45,299 bases of DNA from sequence record SRR20825010_2267; one strand, given 5' to 3'. A program made the translations under genes and the position numbers. Positions 37,609 through 45,299 of this stretch are shown one piece after another. The stretch's first letter is position 1. Every line of letters begins with the position of its first letter. The notes beneath the pieces were generated by a model. That model made no database searches and was not told the DNA's origin. It saw nothing but the letters and a program-made list of their open reading frames with translations.

Positions 37609-38562
37609 ATGTCGGACGTAGCTGCAATTAAGGCTCTAGTAGAAAAAAATAAAGTTCTTAAACAGGAAATAGCCAAAATTATTATTGGGCAGGAGGAAGT
37701 GGTAGACCAAATACTGCTCTCCATTTATACTGGTGGACACTCTTTGCTTATAGGAGTTCCCGGTTTGGCCAAGACCCTCATGGTAAATACAATTGCCTCT
37801 GCCTTGGGATTGGGCTTCAAAAGGATTCAATTTACGCCAGATCTAATGCCCAGTGATATATTAGGTAGTGAAGTGTTGGATCAAAATAGGAACTTCAAGT
37901 TTATAAAAGGGCCCATTTTTTCCAATATAATATTGGCTGACGAAATAAACCGTACTCCTCCCAAAACCCAAGCGGCACTGTTGGAGGCCATGCAGGAACG
38001 GGCGGTGACCATAGCTGGTAATCAATATAAATTGGATCTTCCCTACTATGTTTTGGCAACCCAGAACCCAATAGAGCAAGAAGGTACTTACCCGTTGCCC
38101 GAAGCGCAGTTGGATCGTTTTATGTTCGCCATAGAATTGAAATATCCATCTATAGCGGAGGAAATTAAGGTAGTAAAGGAAACCACCTCCGATTTTAAGC
38201 ATGAAATTGTTCCCTTGTTTACCCCTGGGGAAATAATGGATATTCAACATTTGGTCCGTAGAATTCCGGTTCCAGACAATGTGGTGGAATATGCTGTGAA
38301 ATTAGTGAATAGCACAAGACCTAATCAAGACAATGCCTCAGAATTTGTAAAGCAGTTCATAGATTGGGGGGCGGGACCACGAGCTTCCCAGAATTTAATA
38401 TTGGGTGCCAAAGCCCATGCCGCTGTGAACGGCAAATTTTCTCCGGATATTGAAGATGTCAAAGCGGTTTCCTTGGGAATACTGAGACATCGGATTATTA
38501 AAAATTATAAGGCGGAAGCCGAAGGAATTTCCGTTGAGGATATTATTCGAAAGCTTTTGTAG
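37609..38562 (+). CDS. MoxR family AAA+ ATPase
   Basis: GVPGLAKT, RIQFTPDLMPSD, DEINR.PPKTQAALLEAM and EGTYPLPEAQLDRF motifs. Confidence 0.95.
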   Translation: MSDVAAIKALVEKNKVLKQEIAKIIIGQEEVVDQILLSIYTGGHSLLIGVPGLAKTLMVNTIASALGLGFKRIQFTPDLMPSDILGSEVLDQNRNFKFIKGPIFSNIILADEINRTPPKTQAALLEAMQERAVTIAGNQYKLDLPYYVLATQNPIEQEGTYPLPEAQLDRFMFAIELKYPSIAEEIKVVKETTSDFKHEIVPLFTPGEIMDIQHLVRRIPVPDNVVEYAVKLVNSTRPNQDNASEFVKQFIDWGAGPRASQNLILGAKAHAAVNGKFSPDIEDVKAVSLGILRHRIIKNYKAEAEGISVEDIIRKLL

Positions 38563-38764
38563 TTGGGGAAATCAGCTTGGAAACGTTTGATTTTGATAGG
38601 CCCAAAAAGCTGAAATTTATTGCATTTACATTCCTATATTGGCAATCTTTTTTATAATTACGTAAAATTGGCGTATTCTTGCCGTATTCTTAGTTTAAAA
38701 GTTTTATAAACGTAAGGTATTTTCTTAATTTTGGAGAATAACTTAAACTAAAATTTTATAGATA

Positions 38765-41032
38765 ATGGCATTCGATATTGATATGATTAAAAAGGTGTAT
38801 GCCAACATGTCCGAACGTGTTGATAAGGCACGTGAAATTGTTGGAAAACCTTTAACCCTTTCAGAGAAAATTTTGTATTCCCACTTGTGGGACGGTACGC
38901 CTACCCAAGCATTTAAAAGAGGTAAGGACTATGTTGATTTTGCACCCGATCGAATCGCTTGTCAAGATGCTACTGCGCAAATGGCATTGCTGCAATTTAT
39001 GCAGGCTGGAAAACCCAAAGTAGCCGTACCAACTACAGTTCATTGTGATCACCTGATACAGGCAAAAAGCGGAGCTGTTGCAGATTTGAAAGTGGCCAAC
39101 ACTTCCAGTGCCGAAGTCTTTAATTTTTTGGAATCCGTTTCCAATAAGTACGGAATTGGTTTTTGGAAGCCAGGTGCTGGTATTATTCACCAAGTAGTTC
39201 TTGAAAACTATGCCTTTCCTGGAGGAATGATGATAGGAACCGATTCCCATACGGTAAATGCCGGGGGTCTTGGAATGGTTGCAATTGGTGTTGGTGGTGC
39301 CGATGCTGTGGATGTTATGGCCGGAATGGCCTGGGAACTTAAGTTTCCAAAATTGATAGGAGTAAAATTAACGGGTAATATCTCTGGCTGGACATCTGCC
39401 AAGGATGTTATTCTTAAGGTGGCTGGTATTTTGACCGTAAAAGGTGGTACTGGAGCCATAATAGAATATTTTGGTGAAGGGGCTAAAAATCTTTCCTGTA
39501 CGGGTAAAGGAACCATATGTAACATGGGTGCTGAAGTTGGGGCTACCACTTCTACCTTCGGTTATGATGCGTCTATGGAAAGATATTTAAGGGCTACGGA
39601 CAGGAATGATGTTGCAGATGCAGCAAATGCGGTTAAGGATTACCTTACGGCAGATCCTGAGGTATATGCCAATCCTGAGAAATATTTTGATGAATTGATA
39701 GAAATCGATTTGGATACACTTAGGCCACACCTTAATGGTCCGTTTACCCCTGATTTAGCTACTCCGGTAGGACAGTTGGGAGAAAAGGCGAAAGCTAATG
39801 GATGGCCTTTAAAAGTAGATTGGGGTCTAATAGGATCCTGTACCAATTCTTCTTATGAGGATTTGACCAGGGCAGCCTCTATTGCTCAACAGGCCGTTGA
39901 TAAAAAGATCAAACCAAAATCAGATTTTGGTATCAACCCTGGGTCTGAACAGATCAGATTTACTGCGGAACGTGATGGTTTGTTGCAGATATTCGAAAAT
40001 TTGGGGGCAACAGTATTTACCAATGCCTGTGGTCCTTGTATAGGGCAATGGGATCGTAGTGATCTAAAAGGCGATGAGAAAAATACAATAGTACATTCCT
40101 TTAACCGTAACTTTTCCAAAAGGGCGGATGGAAATCCAAATACCCACGCTTTCGTAGGTTCCCCAGAAATGGTGGCAGCCATAGCAATTTCTGGTAAATT
40201 GGATTTTGATCCAATGAACGATACCTTGATCAATGAGGACGGACAGGAAGTTAAATTGGATGAGCCGATGGGAATTGAATTGCCACCAAAGGGATTTGAA
40301 GTGGAAGATGCAGGTTATTTGGCGCCAATGGAAGATGGTTCGGGTGTTCAGGTGAAGGTAGACCCCAAATCCGAGCGTTTGCAATTGTTGGAACCTTTTA
40401 CTCCAATAAAAGCGGAAAGTCTTCAAGGAGCTAAATTATTGATCAAAGCCTTTGGAAAATGTACAACAGACCACATTTCAATGGCTGGTCCTTGGTTGCG
40501 TTTTAGGGGGCATTTGGATAATATTGCCAATAACACCTTGATCGGAGCGGTAAATGCCTTCAATAAAAAGACAAATTTTGTAAAGAATCAACTTACAGGA
40601 GAGTATGGTGGTGTTCCTGATGCACAAAGAGCTTACAAGGCTGCAGGAATTAAAACAGTAGTTGTGGGAGATCATAACTACGGAGAAGGATCGTCTCGTG
40701 AACACGCGGCTATGCAGCCAAGACATTTGGGTGTTGCAGTGGTAATCGTTAAGTCTTTTGCGCGTATCCATGAAACCAACCTTAAAAAACAAGGTATGTT
40801 GGGGCTAACCTTCGCCAATGAAAGTGATTATGACTTGATTCAAGAGGATGATACCTTCAACTTTATTGATATAAAGGATTTTGCACCAGATAAACAAATT
40901 ACCTTGGAATTGGTACATAAAGATGGTACTAAGGACACTATTAAATTGAACCATACGTATAACCAATCGCAGATTGAATGGTTTAATGAAGGCTCTGCCC
41001 TTAACGTTATAAAAAGGGAGAACGCGGCTTAA
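38765..41032 (+). CDS. Aconitate hydratase (mitochondrial-type clade)
   Basis: [36 protein letters not shown] and GSSREHA motifs; -7 box TAATTTTG at 38726-38733. Confidence 0.95.
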   Translation: MAFDIDMIKKVYANMSERVDKAREIVGKPLTLSEKILYSHLWDGTPTQAFKRGKDYVDFAPDRIACQDATAQMALLQFMQAGKPKVAVPTTVHCDHLIQAKSGAVADLKVANTSSAEVFNFLESVSNKYGIGFWKPGAGIIHQVVLENYAFPGGMMIGTDSHTVNAGGLGMVAIGVGGADAVDVMAGMAWELKFPKLIGVKLTGNISGWTSAKDVILKVAGILTVKGGTGAIIEYFGEGAKNLSCTGKGTICNMGAEVGATTSTFGYDASMERYLRATDRNDVADAANAVKDYLTADPEVYANPEKYFDELIEIDLDTLRPHLNGPFTPDLATPVGQLGEKAKANGWPLKVDWGLIGSCTNSSYEDLTRAASIAQQAVDKKIKPKSDFGINPGSEQIRFTAERDGLLQIFENLGATVFTNACGPCIGQWDRSDLKGDEKNTIVHSFNRNFSKRADGNPNTHAFVGSPEMVAAIAISGKLDFDPMNDTLINEDGQEVKLDEPMGIELPPKGFEVEDAGYLAPMEDGSGVQVKVDPKSERLQLLEPFTPIKAESLQGAKLLIKAFGKCTTDHISMAGPWLRFRGHLDNIANNTLIGAVNAFNKKTNFVKNQLTGEYGGVPDAQRAYKAAGIKTVVVGDHNYGEGSSREHAAMQPRHLGVAVVIVKSFARIHETNLKKQGMLGLTFANESDYDLIQEDDTFNFIDIKDFAPDKQITLELVHKDGTKDTIKLNHTYNQSQIEWFNEGSALNVIKRENAA

Positions 41033-41054
41033 TTTTGTGCTGTAAATACTTTGC

Positions 41055-41085
41055 AAAAACTCCTGATATTCATCAGGAGTTTTTT
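41055..41085 (+). terminator. Intrinsic terminator
   Basis: aaaaactcctgat-attc-atcaggagtttttt. Confidence 0.85.
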
Positions 41086-41109
41086 AGTTTTGACAAAAGG
41101 ATAAATTAA

Positions 41110-41670
41110 ATGAAAATTCGTAGAAAAACTGTTTTGAACATCGCCTTAATGGCTTTAATTTTATCTTTTTTTGTGACGCCTTTGGGCGATTATAGTAAGG
41201 TGTTGTTAAATAAATGGTTCTCCTTTTCTCCAGAAGTTACCAAAGAAATCAACAGGGGACAGATTAAGGACTACGATTGGAAGCTAAAAGATGCCAATTG
41301 GAATTTTTTCAATTTTGAGAAGTCCAAAGGTCGTGTTGTCTTTATTAATTTTTGGAGGTCTTGGAATATTCCAAGTGAGGCTGAAGTGGAAAGTATCCAA
41401 AAATTATATGACGATTATAAGGATAAGATAGATTTTTATATCATAACCAATGAGGAAAGGGAACCTGTAGAGAAATTTATGGCGGATCATGGTTTTACCT
41501 TTCCGGTAACTTATTCCATAGTAGGTGATCCCATGCCTGTAGACGGGTCTAAACCACCTAGATCCTATTTGTTGGATAAGGAGGGAAGGATAGTGATTAG
41601 TAAGGAAGGGGTTGCCGATTGGGACAATGACAAGGTAAAGGCCATTTTGGACGATCTTATTGCCAAATAG
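41110..41670 (+). CDS. TlpA/ResA-like thioredoxin-fold protein lacking CxxC
   Basis: KGRVVFINFWRSWNIPSEAE aligns with WATWCPPC..E, but the protein contains no cysteine. Confidence 0.8.
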   Translation: MKIRRKTVLNIALMALILSFFVTPLGDYSKVLLNKWFSFSPEVTKEINRGQIKDYDWKLKDANWNFFNFEKSKGRVVFINFWRSWNIPSEAEVESIQKLYDDYKDKIDFYIITNEEREPVEKFMADHGFTFPVTYSIVGDPMPVDGSKPPRSYLLDKEGRIVISKEGVADWDNDKVKAILDDLIAK

Positions 41671-41677
41671 ATACAAA

Positions 41678-42241
41678 ATGATGGTACCTAACAAGAAGTG
41701 GATTCTTAACGGTGTTTTTATTCTGGCTACCCTGGTATTGGTATTTACTCCTGTAGGATTTAAAGTAAAGGTTTTTGCCAGTAAATTGTTATCCAGTAGC
41801 GCAGCTATGGTAAAGGAGGGGATGAAGGTTCCCTTGGATTCCTATCAATGGAAATTGACCGATTTGGAAAATAGATCCTTCGATTTTGAAGATCAAAGAG
41901 GAAGGATAGTCCTTGTGAATTTTTGGGCTACTTGGTGTCCTCCCTGTGTAGCTGAAATGCCAAGTATGCAGGATCTGTATAATGATTATGGGGATAAGGT
42001 TACGTTTATGTTCGTTACCTCCGACGACCGTCAAAAAGTGTTGAACTTTTTGAAAAGAAAGAATTTGGATCTCCCCGTTTACTATCCTGCTTCCGAAACA
42101 CCTAAAACCCTTAAGTCCAAACTCCTTCCAACTACATATATTATTGACAAAGAAGGTAAAATTGTTGTGGCGGTGACTGGTGCTGCAGATTGGAACAGTG
42201 GTGAAACAAGGGAGCTAATAGATGGCCTGTTGAGTCAGTAG
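41678..42241 (+). CDS. TlpA family disulfide reductase
   Basis: NFWATWCPPCVAEMP, LPTTYIID and GAADW motifs; N-terminal TM. Confidence 0.9.
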   Translation: MMVPNKKWILNGVFILATLVLVFTPVGFKVKVFASKLLSSSAAMVKEGMKVPLDSYQWKLTDLENRSFDFEDQRGRIVLVNFWATWCPPCVAEMPSMQDLYNDYGDKVTFMFVTSDDRQKVLNFLKRKNLDLPVYYPASETPKTLKSKLLPTTYIIDKEGKIVVAVTGAADWNSGETRELIDGLLSQ

Positions 42242-42259
42242 TATAAGAAAGCCCTAATT

Positions 42260-42718
42260 CTATTTTTCCTTTTTTTGAAAATACTTAAAGGGGACCATTA
42301 ACATGCCAAAGCATTCTCCGTCCTCTTTTCCCAAATGTTTATGATGCATTTTGTGCGCTCTCCTTACTCCTTTGGCATACCAATTATTTGCATTTCTGAA
42401 CAATTTAAACCTTTGGTGTATAAAAATATCATGAACAAGGAAGTATGCGGCTCCATAAGCCAATATGCCAAACCCTAAGGGCCACCCGTACCAAAAGTCG
42501 GTTTGGGAACCCAGCCAAAAGAAAGTCATGCTGACGGCAGCGTAGAACAAAAAAAATGCATCGTTTCTTTCAAACCATGAATCGTGGTCCTTTTTATGGT
42601 GATCCTTGTGCAGTGACCACAAGAAACCATGCATAATATATTTATGGGTAAACCAGGCCATAAACTCCATAAAGGAAAAAGTGGCCAAGAAAATTAAAAT
42701 CCAAATCAACATTTTCAT
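42260..42718 (-). CDS. crtZ: Beta-carotene hydroxylase
   Basis: HKYIMHG..W.LH.DHH, FERND, HDIFIHQR and AHKMHH His boxes. Confidence 0.92.
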   Translation of the reverse strand: MKMLIWILIFLATFSFMEFMAWFTHKYIMHGFLWSLHKDHHKKDHDSWFERNDAFFLFYAAVSMTFFWLGSQTDFWYGWPLGFGILAYGAAYFLVHDIFIHQRFKLFRNANNWYAKGVRRAHKMHHKHLGKEDGECFGMLMVPFKYFQKKEK

Positions 42719-42719
42719 T

Positions 42720-43559
42720 CTAAACCAGTTTTAATTTATAATTAATATACGATTTAACCAATAGTCTAAATTTTTGTGGATTGGAAACCCGTATTCTACT
42801 ACACATGATCTTCGATGAAGGAGTGTCCTGCAATTTTTTAAGCAACTTAAAATAATATCTATATGCAGTATAAACCCCAAATTTAGCTTCACGCGGTAAT
42901 TGGATTATTCCGGAATATCCCAATTTAAAATCGGCCTTTATTTCATCAACAATTTTGTTTTTGGCTTCCTCTGTCAGATTCTGGAGATTGGTGTTCGGGA
43001 AATAAGTTCTATTTAAATCTTCAAAATCGTTTTTTAAGTCCCTTAAAAAATTCACTTTTTGAAAAGCGGATCCCAAGGCCATAGCGGAGGTTTTAAGTTT
43101 TTCGTAGGCTATTTCGTCTCCCTTTACAAATACCATTAGGCACATTAACCCAACTACATCAGCGGAGCCATAAATATACTCCTGATACTGGCTCTCCGTA
43201 AGACGGATCCTTTTCTCCAAGTCCATCCGCATACTCTTCAAGAATGAGGTTACCAAATGCAGTGGAATACCATATTTGTGGAAGGTATGTTGAAAAGAAT
43301 TCAGTATGGGGTTAAGACTTATTTTCTGTTCAAGGGCGTCCTGCAAATCCTCCTCAAATTTATTCAATAAAAACAACTTATCATAATCGTGAAAACTGTC
43401 CACAATTTCATCGGCAAACCTAACAAAGCCATAAATATTATATATATCCCCTCTTATTGAAGGAGCCAACATTTTGGTAGCCAAGGAAAAGGAGGTGCTG
43501 TAATGTTGTGTAACCAGCTTACTGCAAGCTTGTGATACAGCATCAAAAATTGACTTCAT
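42720..43559 (-). CDS. crtB: Phytoene synthase
   Basis: YSTSFS, RFADEIVD, YIYGSADVVGLM and FQKVNFLRD motifs. Confidence 0.93.
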   Translation of the reverse strand: MKSIFDAVSQACSKLVTQHYSTSFSLATKMLAPSIRGDIYNIYGFVRFADEIVDSFHDYDKLFLLNKFEEDLQDALEQKISLNPILNSFQHTFHKYGIPLHLVTSFLKSMRMDLEKRIRLTESQYQEYIYGSADVVGLMCLMVFVKGDEIAYEKLKTSAMALGSAFQKVNFLRDLKNDFEDLNRTYFPNTNLQNLTEEAKNKIVDEIKADFKLGYSGIIQLPREAKFGVYTAYRYYFKLLKKLQDTPSSKIMCSRIRVSNPQKFRLLVKSYINYKLKLV

Positions 43560-43561
43560 GA

Positions 43562-45025
43562 TTAGGTTTTTTGATGTTTTACAATAAGTTCTGAAACCAG
43601 CTTTCCGGAAATTAGGGCCGGTGGTACCCCGGGACCAGGAACGGTAAGCTGCCCGGTAAAAAACAGATTACTTACTTTTTTACTGTGTAATTTGGGTCTA
43701 AGAAAGGCTGTTTGTAATAGGGTGTTGGCCATACCATAGGCATTTCCCTTATAGGAATTGTATTGGTCAATAAAATCATTTACACAGAAGTCCTCCTTAA
43801 AAAGTATACTTTTTTCTACTTTTTGATCAGTTAGTTTTTGAAACCTGTCTAAAATAATATCAAAATACTTATTTCTCAGATGTTGGGTGTCTTCTAAATC
43901 TGGGGCAATGGGAATTAAGAAAAATCCCGTTTCACAACCTTCGGGGGCCATACTGGAATCTGTAAGAGACGGAAAGTTGGCATAGAAGAGCGGTGCTTCG
44001 GGCCATTTGGGGTCATCATATATCTCTTTGGCGTGTTGCTCAAAGCTGGTATCGAAAAATAAGTTATGGTGGGATACGTTCTTTAATTTTTTATCAAACC
44101 CCACATAAAATAATAAGGACGAAGGGGCAAAGGTTTTTTTGGCCCAATATGCCTCAGAATATTGGCGAAATTTTGGGTCCAACAATGTTTCTGAATGGTG
44201 ATAATCGGCGCCACTTAGGACAACATCTGCTTTAATGGTATTTCCATTAACTTTTATGCCCGTGGCCTTACCCTGGGCTACTTCAATCTTTGTTACCGCC
44301 TGATCGGTGTAAATTTTGACTCCCAATTCCAAGGCCAAAAGCTCCATGGCCCTAATCACTTGGTACATACCGCCTTTGGGGTGCCAAGTGCCTAGTCCGA
44401 AATCGGCAAAATTCATAAAGCTGTAAAAGGAGGGAGTTTTGTTGGGTTTGGCCCCTAAGAAAAGTACAGGAAATTCTAGGGTAGAAATTAGTTTTGGGTT
44501 TTTAAAACGTTTGCGGACCTCGTCACTTATAGATTTAAAGAATTGGTCCAGACGCACTATGGTATCTTTGCTTACCAATTCCAAAGGGGAAAGGCCTGGG
44601 CGAAGTACTATCTTGTGAATGGCGATTTCATAATTGTCCTGTGCTTTTTTAATGAATTTGCGCAAAGGTTCTGCACTGCCCTTTTCAATTCGTTCAAATT
44701 CTTCGCAAATTTTGTCCATACTATCCCCTATGGTAATAACATCGTCCGAAAAGAAAATGTTATAGGCGGGATCCAACTTGTCCAATTGATAATAGTCTGA
44801 TGTTTTTTTTCCAAAATCATTGAAAAAACTTTGAAATATATCTGGCATCCAATACCAACTTGGCCCCATATCAAAAGTAAAACCATCCCGTACAAATTGC
44901 CTTGCTCGGCCCCCAACGGTCTTGTTTTTCTCGTAAATAGACACATCGTATCCCTGTTTTGCCAAATAGCAGGAAGCAGAAAGGGATGCAAACCCAGATC
45001 CGATGATAATAACTCTTTTGCCCAT
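43562..45025 (-). CDS. crtI: Phytoene desaturase
   Basis: FAD-binding IIGSG, FDMGPSWY, HPKGG and TGQLTVPGPGVP motifs. Confidence 0.92.
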   Translation of the reverse strand: MGKRVIIIGSGFASLSASCYLAKQGYDVSIYEKNKTVGGRARQFVRDGFTFDMGPSWYWMPDIFQSFFNDFGKKTSDYYQLDKLDPAYNIFFSDDVITIGDSMDKICEEFERIEKGSAEPLRKFIKKAQDNYEIAIHKIVLRPGLSPLELVSKDTIVRLDQFFKSISDEVRKRFKNPKLISTLEFPVLFLGAKPNKTPSFYSFMNFADFGLGTWHPKGGMYQVIRAMELLALELGVKIYTDQAVTKIEVAQGKATGIKVNGNTIKADVVLSGADYHHSETLLDPKFRQYSEAYWAKKTFAPSSLLFYVGFDKKLKNVSHHNLFFDTSFEQHAKEIYDDPKWPEAPLFYANFPSLTDSSMAPEGCETGFFLIPIAPDLEDTQHLRNKYFDIILDRFQKLTDQKVEKSILFKEDFCVNDFIDQYNSYKGNAYGMANTLLQTAFLRPKLHSKKVSNLFFTGQLTVPGPGVPPALISGKLVSELIVKHQKT

Positions 45026-45188
45026 AGGTATTTATATATAATTTATGGCACGTCAATTTTGCTAAATGCCCGTTTATGAAAATAAGGCTTATTTTCTAGA
45101 TATGTAAGTCAATTTTTCAAATTGATCACTTATTCAATTTCTTTGTCGTTCGTTATCTATGGACTAAGTTGGAGATAAGATAATGGAA

Positions 45189-45229
45189 TAAAAAAACCGC
45201 CAACCTCATTTAAGAAGTCAGCGGTTTTT
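45189..45229 (-). terminator. Probable terminator after the tRNA
   Basis: aaaaaccgc...gcggttttt inverted repeat followed by a U-tract on the minus strand. Confidence 0.6.
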
Positions 45230-45299
45230 GGTGCCCACGACTAGATTCGAACTAGCACGTCCTTGCGAACACCACCCCCTCAAGGTGGCGTGTCTACCA
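45229..45299 (-). tRNA. tRNA-Leu(GAG), 5' end outside the window
   Basis: The reverse complement is TGGTAGACACG CCACC-TTGAGGG-GGTGG, a long variable arm, CTAG-TTCGAAT-CTAG and GTGGGCACCA with encoded CCA. Confidence 0.93.

Noticed and set aside
38765..41032. Mitochondrial-like aconitase as a eukaryote-to-bacterium transfer
   Set aside because: This aconitase type is usual in Bacteroidota, and its composition and promoter look native.
45046..45062. TGGCAC...TTGC sigma54-like motif near crtI
   Set aside because: The GG-to-GC spacing is 12 nt rather than 10, and it points away from crtI.
572..45079. Many short overlapping or antisense ORFs in the track (e.g. 4007..4408, 14017..14490, 21389..21982, 37257..37724)
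   Set aside because: They lie within or opposite well-supported genes and have no recognisable motifs, so they are shadow ORFs.
45229..45299. tRNA-Leu as the attachment site of an integrated island
   Set aside because: I found no integrase and noticed no duplicate of the tRNA 3' end in the window, and the flanking genes are core-like.

Overview
This window looks like core chromosome from a Bacteroidota (Flavobacteriaceae) bacterium. The evidence is the TAnnTTTG -7 promoter boxes, the type IX secretion (T9SS) genes, the rpmB-rpmG-DUF4295-ftsY block and the crtI-crtB-crtZ genes. It opens inside a T9SS surface-protein locus: the C-terminal part of a collagen-like protein, an Ig/Ca-binding-repeat protein with a type-B CTD, and a PorP/SprF gene. 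Housekeeping and accessory genes follow: idi, PTPS, manA, PBP1A, S1/P1 nuclease, AlkB, AraC, htpG, fabH, recR, E2, exonuclease, cinA, ribosomal proteins, ftsY, rimO, SurA-type chaperones, MoxR, aconitase and a TlpA pair. It ends with carotenoid genes and a partial tRNA-Leu(GAG). I saw no mobile element, prophage, CRISPR array or defence system, and nothing that is clearly a new multi-gene system. The best leads are two candidate structured small RNAs (about 12870-12987, possibly pseudoknotted, and about 19685-19795), a cysteine-free TlpA paralog beside an intact one, and a secreted protein apparently made only of two CTD-like domains opposite an AraC gene. Also notable are a sigma54-spaced promoter with TGACA repeats upstream of htpG and a Tat-exported TIM barrel with altered metal ligands. 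Family calls come from motif recognition by eye; no database searches were run.
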